NCBI GenBank assembly: GCA_050311575.1
Contig: JBNOKO010000001.1
Span: 329,646-393,645 of the forward strand
Direction: 5' to 3'
Source of the DNA: Candidatus Krakonobacterium acarorum
GTDB taxonomy: Bacteria > Bacteroidota > Bacteroidia > SolTP2
Length of the DNA: 64,000 bases
Of this stretch, positions 19,021 through 29,700 are shown one piece after another. The notes beneath the pieces are model-generated. The model searched no databases. It was given only the letters and a program-made list of their open reading frames with translations, and was not told the DNA's origin. The position numbers were made by a program, and so were the translations under genes. Numbering within the stretch: position 1 is the first letter of the stretch; each line of letters starts with the position of its first letter.

Positions 19021-20925
19021 TTAAATAAAACTGTGGATTTCTTTAACTTTGTTAACAATCGCATTGGTGTCATAGCCACATTCTTTATATAAATCTTTGG
19101 GTTCTCCATGTGTTACGAATTTATCTGGTATTCCCATTTTATAGATTGAGGTTTTATAATTATACGCGGATGCAAATTCTATTACGGCGCTTCCCATGCC
19201 GCCTTGTACGCATCCATCTTCAATGGTTATAATATATTTATAGTTATCAAAAATCTCTTTAAGCATTGTCGTATCTAAGGGCTTTAAAAATATTAAGTCG
19301 TAATGGGCTATGTATATATTGTCTTCATTTAGAATTTTTATAGCTTCTTGCACAAAGTTTCCTACATGACCTATGCTTATTATAGCTAAATTTTCACCGT
19401 CAGTTAATTTTTGCCCTTTACCTACTTCTAGCTCAGTAAATTTTTCTCTCCATGAACTTAATACCCCGTTGCCACGTGGATACCTTATAACAAATGGCTT
19501 ACAAACTTTTGTTGCAGTATACATTAGGTTTCTTAGATAAATTTCGTTGATGGGTGCAGAAACAATGATGTTTGGAATCACTCGCATGTAAGCTAAGTCA
19601 AAAGCTCCATGATGTGTAGGTCCATCAGCGCCCACTAAGCCAGCTCTATCTATACACATTATAACATGTAAATTTTGTAAAGCTACATCGTGTATAACTT
19701 GATCGTAGGCCCTTTGCATAAACGATGAATATATATTACAGAAGGGTATTAATCCTTCGGAAGCTAAACCTGCTGAAAAAGTAATAGCGTGTTGTTCGGC
19801 TATCGCTACATCGATTACACGCTCAGGAAATTTTTCTTGCATTATATGGAATGAGCTCCCCGATATCATAGCTGGTGTTATACCAACAATCCTTTTATCA
19901 ACTTCTGCCAGGTCAAGTAATGTATACCCAAATACATCTTGCCATTTGGTAAAAGGATTTTTAATAGCTGATAGTTTCACTTCTTCAGTTAACTTGTCAA
20001 ATAAGCCAGGGGCATGCCATTTTGTTTGATCTTCTTCAGCTGCTCTAAATCCCTTACCTTTTTTTGTTAAGCAATGTAAAATTTTCGGGCCAGGCACTTG
20101 TTTTAAATCACTTAGAGTATCTACGAGTTTTATTACATCATGACCATTTACAGGTCCAAAGTATCTAAAATTTAGAGCTTCAAATAAGTTGCTATGGCGT
20201 AAGAATAATCCTTTTATAGTTTTAAGAGAATGTTTTATAAAGCCTTTTATTTTTATCTCCTTGTTTTGTAGTTTGTCTAATATTTTTTCTGCATCGTCAC
20301 GCATTTTATTATAGGGCTCAGACGTAGTTATTTTAGTTAAATAATTTTTTAGGGATCCTACATTAGGATCTATCGATATGCCATTATCATTTAATATTAC
20401 CAATATATCAGCTTTTGATGTTCCAGCATTATTTAAAGCTTCGAAAGCCATTCCGCCCGTTAAAGCGCCATCACCTATTACAGCTATATTCTTTTGTTTT
20501 ATGTTACCTTTTAACATCGCAGCTGTAGCCATTCCTAATATAGCAGAGATTGAGGTAGAGCTGTGACCTGTTCCGAAAGCATCGTATATGCTTTCGGTCA
20601 TTTTAGGGAAGCCACTTATGCCCTTGTATAATCGATTTGTTTTAAATTCTTTTTTTCTACCTGTTATAATCTTATGTGCATAAGCCTGGTGACCAACGTC
20701 CCAAACCAATTTGTCTTCAGGGGTATCAAAAACATAATGAAGAGCTATGGTTAATTCTATTACCCCTAAATTAGCGGAAAAATGGCCTCCATTTTTAGAT
20801 ATATGGTCGATTATAAACTCTCTTAGCTCTTTACATACAGTTGGCAAGTCGTGTTTGTGAAGTTTCCTTAAATCGCCAGGTGTATCAATGTGATCTAGGA
20901 ATTTATAATGTATTACTTCTTGCAT
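19021..20925 (-). CDS. dxs: 1-deoxy-D-xylulose-5-phosphate synthase
   Basis: GGHFSANLG, WDVGHQAY, GHSSTSISA, GDGALTGG, IAEQHA, DRAGLVGADGPTHHG. Confidence 0.97.
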   Translation of the reverse strand: MQEVIHYKFLDHIDTPGDLRKLHKHDLPTVCKELREFIIDHISKNGGHFSANLGVIELTIALHYVFDTPEDKLVWDVGHQAYAHKIITGRKKEFKTNRLYKGISGFPKMTESIYDAFGTGHSSTSISAILGMATAAMLKGNIKQKNIAVIGDGALTGGMAFEALNNAGTSKADILVILNDNGISIDPNVGSLKNYLTKITTSEPYNKMRDDAEKILDKLQNKEIKIKGFIKHSLKTIKGLFLRHSNLFEALNFRYFGPVNGHDVIKLVDTLSDLKQVPGPKILHCLTKKGKGFRAAEEDQTKWHAPGLFDKLTEEVKLSAIKNPFTKWQDVFGYTLLDLAEVDKRIVGITPAMISGSSFHIMQEKFPERVIDVAIAEQHAITFSAGLASEGLIPFCNIYSSFMQRAYDQVIHDVALQNLHVIMCIDRAGLVGADGPTHHGAFDLAYMRVIPNIIVSAPINEIYLRNLMYTATKVCKPFVIRYPRGNGVLSSWREKFTELEVGKGQKLTDGENLAIISIGHVGNFVQEAIKILNEDNIYIAHYDLIFLKPLDTTMLKEIFDNYKYIITIEDGCVQGGMGSAVIEFASAYNYKTSIYKMGIPDKFVTHGEPKDLYKECGYDTNAIVNKVKEIHSFI

Positions 20926-20955
20926 AAATAAAATTTAATACCTAATAAGTACTCG

Positions 20956-20963
20956 CAAAGATA
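20956..20963 (-). promoter_or_regulatory. Bacteroidota -7 promoter element TATCTTTG(C) for dxs
   Basis: Exact TAnnTTTGC on the minus strand, 30 bp upstream of the dxs ATG. Confidence 0.7.
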
Positions 20964-21398
20964 CTATTAAAAGTTAAGATGAATAACATTAAACCGATAC
21001 CAGCTTAGTTAAAATACTTATATAATTATAGACCTTATAAACAAATAATAAATCTTATGGATAGCTTTAATATATATTTAGAGCTGTAATAATAGGATAA
21101 AGTATTTATAAATAATAAGTATTGCTAATAGATAAGAATAAAGGTTATCTATCTTCTATATAATTATAAATTTATTAAGAGAAACGGTAGTTATAACAAG
21201 GGCCGCGCTAAATATATAACTGAATTAATCTAAGAAATAGTATTAATATAGATATAGTCCGAATGTATTATAGGAATAAATGTTTATCTATGTAAATATT
21301 TAGCAATGCTAAACTATATACTTAGGGTTGTCTAAAGGGTATTTGTCGTAAGTGAAGTTTAAAGATTATATCCAATAATATGTACTGTGGTTTAATAA

Positions 21399-21430
21399 TG
21401 TGTAATCAATTGCTACAAATTATAAATTTG
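21399..21430 (+). promoter_or_regulatory. Orphan Bacteroidota-type promoter TGTG-N20-TAAATTTG(C)
   Basis: Fits the TnTG-N19-21-TAnnTTTG spacing; no sense ORF downstream. Confidence 0.4.
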
Positions 21431-21481
21431 CGTTTGTATTTATAAAAACTGGTGTACATTTTTGCGTAATAGCAGGTATTG

Positions 21482-21527
21482 GTAGAATAAAAAGTTAAGC
21501 TTATTTAAACTTAACTTTTTATTCTAC
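21482..21527. terminator. 18-bp perfect hairpin 7 bp after the SIMPL stop codon (putative terminator or 3' stabiliser)
   Basis: GTAGAATAAAAAGTTAAG (21482-21499) / CTTAACTTTTTATTCTAC (21510-21527), 10-nt loop; no clear U-tract. Confidence 0.6.
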
Positions 21528-21534
21528 TAATAGA

Positions 21535-22242
21535 CTATAAAATTTCAAACAGAACTCTTTGTTCGTTCCTAAGCTTTAGATTTTTGAAGTTAATGTTTGG
21601 CATAGCCTCATCGCCTACATTTTGTGTAGTAGCGCGCATCATCATTAAAGGTCTGTATCCAGGGTCATCCATATATCCGCTATTATGTATTTCCAATACT
21701 TTCCCTAATTTTGCACCAGCTACTGATAGAATATGTGTAGCTTTTTCTTTTGCATTAATAAAAGCCTGTTTTTGCAATCCTGTTTCGTGATTTTTCATTT
21801 CTGTATTAGAATATTTGCTAACATATGTATTTGCTAATCCTTTTGTATCCAGAGCAGAAATTATTTGTTTTGTTGTACTTATATCGCTAAGCTTAAGTAG
21901 GTATTGCTTGCTAGCCATATATTCACTTGGTTTCTTAGATTTAGGGTTATAGTAACTATTGTATGCGCTTATATTACTTATTGTAAGATTTTTGGATGGA
22001 ACATTTGCACTTGCCAGAGCTTTTTGTAATTCAGCCTCAAGTTGATTAATTAAAACTTTAGATTTTTGACTTTTAGGGTCTTTGAAATATTCTCTTAAAG
22101 TTATTTGTACATGGATTTCATTTACCGGTATTTCCTTTTCTGCTTTACCTATAACTTCTATATACCTTATTGATGGGCATTGAGCTTTAGCATAATTGCT
22201 GGATAATGCTATTAATAGCACTGCTAATAATACTTTTTTCAT
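21535..22242 (-). CDS. SIMPL domain (DUF541 / BP26-like) periplasmic protein
   Basis: Signal peptide; IEVIGKAEKEI, AFINAKEKA...LGKVLEI, V.FEI C-terminus. Confidence 0.8.
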   Translation of the reverse strand: MKKVLLAVLLIALSSNYAKAQCPSIRYIEVIGKAEKEIPVNEIHVQITLREYFKDPKSQKSKVLINQLEAELQKALASANVPSKNLTISNISAYNSYYNPKSKKPSEYMASKQYLLKLSDISTTKQIISALDTKGLANTYVSKYSNTEMKNHETGLQKQAFINAKEKATHILSVAGAKLGKVLEIHNSGYMDDPGYRPLMMMRATTQNVGDEAMPNINFKNLKLRNEQRVLFEIL

Positions 22243-22290
22243 GTTAATTTATATAGTTGTGATTGTTTAGAAAATTAATAATAAATGCAG

Positions 22291-22878
22291 TTAAGTTTTC
22301 AAATTTTGTGCTTTTTTTGAATTTAACTTTGATTCTTTATTATATAATATAGCAAATATAATTATTCCTATAGTTATAGACGAATCGGCAAAATTAAAGA
22401 TAGGGCTAAAAAACAGAAATCTTTCTCCACCCCATATAGGTAGCCAGTCAGGTAAATATGTATCTATAATAGGGAAATATAGCATGTCTACCACCATACC
22501 GTGCATTAATGGCGCGTAATTATATATAACACCATAGAAAATACTATCTATGACGTTCCCTATTGCTCCGGCTAATATTAAACATAAACTAAATACTATA
22601 TATTTAGATTTGTTTGCTTCTATAAGATTACGGATAACGATACTAAATACTATACTAAATATGATCCTTAGAGTTGTTAATAATAATTTGCCATATTTTA
22701 TTTTTAATATCATTCCAAAAGCCATACCTGGATTTTCTATAAAATATATTTTAAACCAGTTGCCAATAATAGGAATATATTGACCAGGGTACATGTAATT
22801 TTTTACTAATGTTTTTGATAGTTGATCGATAAAAACTATTATAACTACTAATAGGATAGCCTTTGTTGATATTTTCAA
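22291..22878 (-). CDS. lspA: Lipoprotein signal peptidase (SPase II)
   Basis: DQLSK, ENPGMAFG, GAIGNVID, VVDM, FNFAD; directly downstream of ileS. Confidence 0.93.
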   Translation of the reverse strand: MKISTKAILLVVIIVFIDQLSKTLVKNYMYPGQYIPIIGNWFKIYFIENPGMAFGMILKIKYGKLLLTTLRIIFSIVFSIVIRNLIEANKSKYIVFSLCLILAGAIGNVIDSIFYGVIYNYAPLMHGMVVDMLYFPIIDTYLPDWLPIWGGERFLFFSPIFNFADSSITIGIIIFAILYNKESKLNSKKAQNLKT

Positions 22879-22882
22879 AATA

Positions 22883-25800
22883 TTAATTATTTATTCTGTT
22901 AAGTTCTACTTTTATATCTATAGTGTCAATATTTATTCTATCTGTAGATACAACGTCTTTTTCTTCAGTTAAAATTAGCGAATCTGCTAGAATTTCGCTA
23001 GTTATGTATTCCTTATTACTATTTATGACTTTAGATAATAGATTATCTTCTTGTAGTTTTACAGAAATTCGATCGGTAACTTCAAAATATTTGTTTTTTC
23101 TTAAATTTTGGATCTTATTTACCAGCTGTCTTGCCAAACCTTCGTGATACAAATCGTCAGTAATGGTTGTATCAATAGCAACGCTAATATTGTTATGTTC
23201 GGCAACCTGCCAACCTTGGGATCCTTCAAGTACTATTTCTACATCATTCTTTGTTATTTCTATGGATTGCCCGTCAATAGAAATGATTATTGATTGGTTG
23301 CTTGCCAGTTTGTCTATATCGTTAATACTAATGTTGCTAAGTTTGTTAGCAATAGTATTAATTGCCTTTCCGTATTTGGGGCCTAGAGTTTTAAAATTAA
23401 CTTTTAATTTTTTAGTGAATAGCCCTGATAAATCGGATATATATTCAATTTCTTTAACGTTTGTTTCAGTTAATATTAAGTTTTTAACGTTTTCTATTTT
23501 TTCTTTAAGGGTATCGTTTAAGACAGGTATAAGAATTTTTTTTAAGGGTTGTTTGACTTGTAAGTTCGCTTTTTTTCTTAATGATAAAACTAAAGATGAT
23601 ATTGTTTGAGCTAGAGCAACTTCTTCTTCAAGGTCTTTAAATATTAGGTTATCATTGTATTTAGGAAAATCTGTTAAGTGTACTGATATATTTTCGTCGA
23701 TTTTAGACACGTTGTTTAGATCGTTAAATAATCTTTCGCTATATAAAGGAGCAATCGGAGACATTAGCTTAGCGATAGTTATTATAGATTTATAAAGTGT
23801 TTGGAATGCTGATATTTTGTCGTTGTTGTATTCACTTTTCCAAAATCTTCTCCGTGATAAGCGTACATACCAATTGCTTAAATCGTCGTTTACGAAATTT
23901 TGTATTAATCTGGCAGCTGTAGTAGGGTCATAATTTTCGTAAGCGTCTTGTACATTCTTTATGAGTGTGTTTAGTAAAGATATAATCCATTTGTCAAGTA
24001 AAGGCTGATCGTTTGTTTGTATGTCTGCTTCTGTGTATGAAAAATTATCAATATTCGCGTATAATACAAAAAACGAATATGTATTGTGCAGCGTATTGAA
24101 AAATAGTCTTTGAGTTTCTGCTAAAATCTCTATATTAAATTTTAAATCGTCCCAAGGTGCCGAGTTAGATATGCAATACCATCTAACAGCATCTGACCCA
24201 TATGTATTTACGACTTCAAATGGTTCTATAGTATTGCCTAGTCTTTTAGACATTTTATTGCCATTTTTGTCTAGTACTAAGCCGTTTGATATTACGTTTT
24301 TGTACGCTACAGAGTCAAACAGTAATGAGGCTATAACATGCAAAGTAAAGAACCATCCTCTAGTTTGGTCTACTCCTTCTGCAATGAAGTCTGCTGGAAA
24401 ATGTTTTTTTAGTTTGTCAAGGTTTTCGAATGGATAATGCCATTGTGCGTAAGGCATGGCTCCTGAATCGAACCATACATCTATTAAGTCTTTTTCTCTA
24501 TAAAGTTTTTGACCATTTTTTGTCAGCACGGCGTTATCGATATAAGGCTTGTGCAAGTCAAAATTTTTAGACACTATTTGGTCTAAATATTGTTTGTTGT
24601 TTACAATTTCATTTGCGTTTAGTACTCCAGAGTCTATTGCTTTTTGTAATTCATCGCTTAATTCCCGGATAGATCCTATGCATATTTCATAATTATTGTC
24701 TTGGCTCCTCCATATTGGTAAAGGCGTACCCCAAAATCTAGATCGGGAAAGGTTCCAGTCAACCATATTTTCTAGCCAGTTGTGGAATCTACCAATCCCT
24801 ATTGAAGCAGGTTTCCAATTAATTTCTTTATTTAATTCAATAAGTTTTTCTCGTGCAGCCGATGTTTTTATAAACCAACTATCCAGTGGGTAATATATTA
24901 TTGGCTTATCTGTCCTCCAACAATGTGGATAGTTATGTTCGTATTTCTCCACTTTAAAAGCCATTCCCTCTTGCTTTAATTTTAGAGCTATTAGCAAGTC
25001 AGTGCTTTTAAATTCTGGGTCTTCTAACTCTTCGGGGCTATAATAACTTTCTTTTACATATCTACCGGCAAAATCTTTAACTGATTGAATGAATCTGCCT
25101 TGTTGATCAACTAAATTTAAGCTTCCTATATTGTTTTGTTTCGCCACTTTAAAATCATCAGCACCAAAACAAGGGGCTGTATGTACTATTCCGGTACCAC
25201 TTTCGGTACTAACGAAATCGCCAGGTATTATTTTAAACGCTGTTCCATCCTTAGGCTGTTCGTACTTAAGTAATTGTTCGTACTGTATATTGTTTAGTTT
25301 CGAACCTTTAAAAGTAGCTATAATATCGTATTTAGCGTCTTTGTTTAGGACCTTAGTTATTAAATCTTTAGCTATTATAACGTTAACTTGTTTGTCAGTA
25401 TAAGGATGTTTTGTTGATAACAAGCTATAGTCAATTTTGCTGCCTACTGATAGCGCTGTATTAGAGGGCAGAGTCCATGGTGTTGTTGTCCATGCTAGTG
25501 CGAATATATCGGAATCTTTAGACTCTTTAAATAAGAACTCAGAGTCGCTATTTTTTATGAGCTTAAATTGTGCAAAAATAGATATGTCTTTAACTTTTCT
25601 ATAACATCCAGGTTGGTTTAACTCGTGAGAGCTTAAGCCAGAGCCTGCAGCTGGCGAATAAGGTTGTATTGTGTATCCTTTGTATAGATATCCTTTGTCA
25701 TAAAGTTTTTTAAGTAGATACCATAAACTTTCTATATAATAATTTTCATAAGTTATATAAGGATTCTCTAAGTCTATCCAACATCCAATACGCTCTGTTA

Positions 25801-26197
25801 GCTTGTTCCACTCCTGTATGTATTTCATGGCTTCGGCTTTGCAGACCTTGTTGTATTCTTCTATGCTTATTGTTTGACCTATATTCTCTTTTTTGATGCC
25901 GAGCTTTTTTTCTGCTGATAGCTCTATAGGGAGTCCATGAGTGTCCCAGCCGGATTTCCTCAATACGTTAAACCCTTTTAATAATTTATATCTGGAAAAT
26001 ATATCTTTAATGGTTCTTGACAAAACATGGTGAATGCCAGGGGCTCCATTAGTTGATGGAGGACCTTCGTAGAAAGTAAATATGGGCCTATCATCTCTTT
26101 TAGTGCTTAATTCAAATATTTTATTTTGATTCCAAAACGCAAGAACTTCTTCCTCTATTTTAGTTAGCTCTAGTTTTTTATATTCTTTGTATTTCAT
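22883..26197 (-). CDS. ileS: Isoleucine-tRNA ligase (IleRS2 type)
   Basis: FYEGPP, GWDTHGLP, WTTTPWTLP, SRSRFWGTPLP, EGVDQTRGWF, KMSKR. Confidence 0.98.
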   Translation of the reverse strand: MKYKEYKKLELTKIEEEVLAFWNQNKIFELSTKRDDRPIFTFYEGPPSTNGAPGIHHVLSRTIKDIFSRYKLLKGFNVLRKSGWDTHGLPIELSAEKKLGIKKENIGQTISIEEYNKVCKAEAMKYIQEWNKLTERIGCWIDLENPYITYENYYIESLWYLLKKLYDKGYLYKGYTIQPYSPAAGSGLSSHELNQPGCYRKVKDISIFAQFKLIKNSDSEFLFKESKDSDIFALAWTTTPWTLPSNTALSVGSKIDYSLLSTKHPYTDKQVNVIIAKDLITKVLNKDAKYDIIATFKGSKLNNIQYEQLLKYEQPKDGTAFKIIPGDFVSTESGTGIVHTAPCFGADDFKVAKQNNIGSLNLVDQQGRFIQSVKDFAGRYVKESYYSPEELEDPEFKSTDLLIALKLKQEGMAFKVEKYEHNYPHCWRTDKPIIYYPLDSWFIKTSAAREKLIELNKEINWKPASIGIGRFHNWLENMVDWNLSRSRFWGTPLPIWRSQDNNYEICIGSIRELSDELQKAIDSGVLNANEIVNNKQYLDQIVSKNFDLHKPYIDNAVLTKNGQKLYREKDLIDVWFDSGAMPYAQWHYPFENLDKLKKHFPADFIAEGVDQTRGWFFTLHVIASLLFDSVAYKNVISNGLVLDKNGNKMSKRLGNTIEPFEVVNTYGSDAVRWYCISNSAPWDDLKFNIEILAETQRLFFNTLHNTYSFFVLYANIDNFSYTEADIQTNDQPLLDKWIISLLNTLIKNVQDAYENYDPTTAARLIQNFVNDDLSNWYVRLSRRRFWKSEYNNDKISAFQTLYKSIITIAKLMSPIAPLYSERLFNDLNNVSKIDENISVHLTDFPKYNDNLIFKDLEEEVALAQTISSLVLSLRKKANLQVKQPLKKILIPVLNDTLKEKIENVKNLILTETNVKEIEYISDLSGLFTKKLKVNFKTLGPKYGKAINTIANKLSNISINDIDKLASNQSIIISIDGQSIEITKNDVEIVLEGSQGWQVAEHNNISVAIDTTITDDLYHEGLARQLVNKIQNLRKNKYFEVTDRISVKLQEDNLLSKVINSNKEYITSEILADSLILTEEKDVVSTDRINIDTIDIKVELNRINN

Positions 26198-26236
26198 ATA
26201 GATCCTCGGGCATATTTGTAATTAACGAATTTATTG

Positions 26237-26244
26237 CAAAAATA
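26237..26244 (-). promoter_or_regulatory. Bacteroidota -7 promoter element TATTTTTG(C) for ileS-lspA
   Basis: TAnnTTTGC on the minus strand, 39 bp upstream of the ileS ATG. Confidence 0.6.
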
Positions 26245-26291
26245 AATGTTATTGAGCATTTTTTATATTAAAAAAACCAGAATTGAATTTG

Positions 26292-26699
26292 CTAAATGGG
26301 GCTGAATGTGTACAGGTATGAGCTATTGCTTGGTTTAAGTATTAAAATAGTTTCGGTAATCAATATTATTTCAGCAGTGGTAAATCCTGAATTAGTTAAT
26401 ATTGTTAAATATTGATTGTTAGGAGTTAACGACCATGATCCATTGTTATCGCCAATGCAAAATGGGTCCACGAAGCTACACCTTTTAGCTAATCTAAAGT
26501 CCGGGTAGAAATAATATAGGGTATATGAGTGGGAAAAGTTATTTCCATTAATGTCTTGCTTGGCAACTTCTTGCCATCCTTTGTCCACTAGGTGGTAGTA
26601 TACTATATTAACAGAATAATTTTTACTACAGCTTATTAAGAAACTGAAGCTTGCGTAAATAAGTGTAGCTATTATAATTGAGAATTTCCTATGGTTCAT
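26292..26699 (-). CDS. Hypothetical small lipoprotein, lipocalin-like beta fold suspected
   Basis: Signal with lipobox LIS-C; GSWSL and AEIIILTETILIL strands resemble Bacteroidota lipocalin-like lipoproteins. Confidence 0.6.
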   Translation of the reverse strand: MNHRKFSIIIATLIYASFSFLISCSKNYSVNIVYYHLVDKGWQEVAKQDINGNNFSHSYTLYYFYPDFRLAKRCSFVDPFCIGDNNGSWSLTPNNQYLTILTNSGFTTAEIILITETILILKPSNSSYLYTFSPI

Positions 26700-26773
26700 A
26701 TGTTACATTATCTTTAAGTAAAGATAATTATTGTAAACATTTATTTACTAATTATTCGCTATTGTTTAGTTGT

Positions 26774-29700
26774 CTATTTAGTATTCTTAATATTATTTAA
26801 TATTTCTAAACTTTCGCTTAAAGATTGTATGTTTTGTATGCTTAAAGACAGGCCTTTATTAGATTCGCTCATTGCTGATATGTCTGGATTATTGATTGTA
26901 TAAGATATTATGTTTTGGAATATTGCACTATCATAAAACATTGAATTTTTGTTTGCTATGAATCTTAAGGTTAATCTGTTTTTCTTTAAAGTTAATTTTT
27001 CTATCCCTAAGAATTTAGCTAGATTTTGTATTTTGATTAAAGTAAATAGCGACTGTGTTGATTCCGGAATAGGTCCAAAGCGATCTATAAGCTCATTTTG
27101 TAGTTTAATTAGATCGTTGTCGTTTTGGACCCTGGATACACGCATGTATATATTATATCTTTCTTGGTCGTTTGCTATATAAGAATTTGGTATCAGAGTT
27201 TCTTCTTCTACATCTACTTTTGGTAATGTTATGTATTCTATATCTCCAACCTGGTCTTTGAAGACATCTTTAAATTCCTCTTGTTTAAGTTCAGCGATTG
27301 CTTCATTTAAAATTTTATTATAAGTATCAAGCCCCATATCAGCAATAAATCCGCTTTGTTCGGCTCCTAATATATTACCAGCGCCCCGTATGTCTAGATC
27401 TCGCATAGCAATTTTAAATCCATCTCCCAGATCTGATAATTCTTCCAGAGTGAATATTCTTTCTTTTGCTTCATGTGTCAGCGAGGCAATACCTGGTATT
27501 ACCAGGTAGCAATAAGATCTTGTATTGGATCTCCCTACACGGCCCCGCATTTGATGTAAGTCGCTTAGCCCGAACATATGTGCGTTGTTGATAATTATAG
27601 TGTTTGCGTTAGCTATATCTATACCAGATTCTATTATAGTTGTTGATATTAATATATCGTATTCTTTGTTGATAAACTTATATATTATTTGTTCTAGTTT
27701 GTCGCCATCCATTTGTCCGTGGCCAAGGGCTATGCGCGCATCCGGCACAATATCTTGAATATATTGAGCTAACTTTTCTATATCTTTTATCCTGTTGTGG
27801 ACAATAAATGTTTGTCCATTGCGCGATATCTCATATTTTATAGCTTCTTTTAGGTCATCACTAGCTAAAGTGCATATTTTAGTTTCTACTGGCTGCCTGT
27901 TTGGAGGAGGGGTATTTAGTGTGCTAATATCGCGAGCGCCCATTAATGAGTATTTAAGCGTCCTTGGTATAGGTGTAGCAGTTAGAGTAAGGGTATCCAC
28001 GTTCAGCTTTATATTTTTTATTTTTTCTTTAGCTGATACCCCAAATTTTTGCTCTTCGTCGATTATTAATAGACCTAAGTCTTGAAATTTTATATCCTTG
28101 CTTAGTAGTCTATGCGTACCAATTATTATGTTTGTATTCCCGTTTTCTAGGTCTTCTAAGGTTTTTTTAATTTCTGTTGGTTTTTTAAATCTATTTAAGT
28201 GATCGATTTTTACACCAAAAGGTTTAAGTCGTTTGTTAAATGTGTTAGTGTGTTGTGATGTTAATAAAGTGGTTGGAACTAGTACTGCTACTTGTTTATG
28301 ATTTAGAAATGATTTGTAGGCTGCTCTTATGGCAAGTTCCGTTTTACCAAACCCTACATCTCCACATACTAACCTATCCATTGGATAGGTAGCTTCCATA
28401 TCTCTTTTTATTTCTATGTTAGTTTTTTCTTGATCAGGAGTATCTTCATATTGGAAAGCACTTTCCATTTTGTATTGTAAGTATGAGTCTGGCTGAAAAG
28501 AATACCCTCTCTGTATTTTTCTTTGTGCATACAGGGAGATTAATTCTCTTCCAATATCTTTTATTTTATTTTTTGTGTTTGTTTTTAATTTATCCCAGCT
28601 AAGCGATCCCAATTTACTTAGTTTTACTTCTGAGTCACTTTTGCTATTGTATTTGCTTATTTTGTTTAGTGAGTTTACATTTAAATATAGCAAGTCGCTA
28701 TCGGCATAAACTATTCTTAAGCATTCCTGCGTTTTATCGCCAGTTACTATTTTCTCTATGCCAGCTAGTTTGCCTATACCATGGTCTATATGCGATATAT
28801 AATCGCCTTGTTTTATTTCATCGAATATATGTTTTATAGAAGCTTTTGGCTTCGCAATTTTGTTTGTAACGGTTGGTTGCTTTTTACCAAATATTTCATT
28901 GTAGGAGTAACAAGAGATTTTTAAATCATGGTCAATGAACCCGTTTGATAGCTCAGTGTTAGCAAATTTAAATAGATTTTTGTGAATGTCTTGTTCAGAG
29001 GTGCCGCTTTCTTTTAATATATCCGCAAAATATTGTGGGTTAAGTTGGTTTTTTTTAGCGAATATATAGTTCTCTATCCCTAAGGAATTATTTTTATTAA
29101 GCTCTTCTAGTAATAGCGGATAATTTCTATTAAATATATTCGATCGGTTAGTTTTGAAATTTATAATTTTATCTGCCTGGCTGTAATTGTGATTGATGCT
29201 TATAATAGCATTCTCCGGCTTTAATTTGTATATGTTTATATAGTTGTTTTTGTCTGATATTTCTTGGAGTTTTTCATTCAATAGATGTGGTTTGTCTATT
29301 ACTATTAAATCGCCAGGCTTAATAAAATTTATTAGGTTATCTGTTCCTTTATCCTCTATATATGGGATTATTCGGAAATAATCAACATCTTTGTTACTTA
29401 GTTGATCAGAAGGGTTAAATATTTTTAAATATTTAATGTTGTTTGATTGGAAAACTACTCTACAAGGATTTTTTTCCGCATAGCTAAATATATCTATAAT
29501 GTTACCCCTAACGGCATATTCGCCATGACTATATACAAAATCTACTTTTTTAAAATTTTGATCTGTAAGTAATTTTATTAGGGAGTTGTAGTTTATGTTG
29601 TCAGTGCCTTTAGAGCTAATATTTATCGTGGTTAATTGTGATTCTAGTAGATTTTTACTTACATACTGTTTTATGAGCGCTTCTGCATATGTAAATATTG

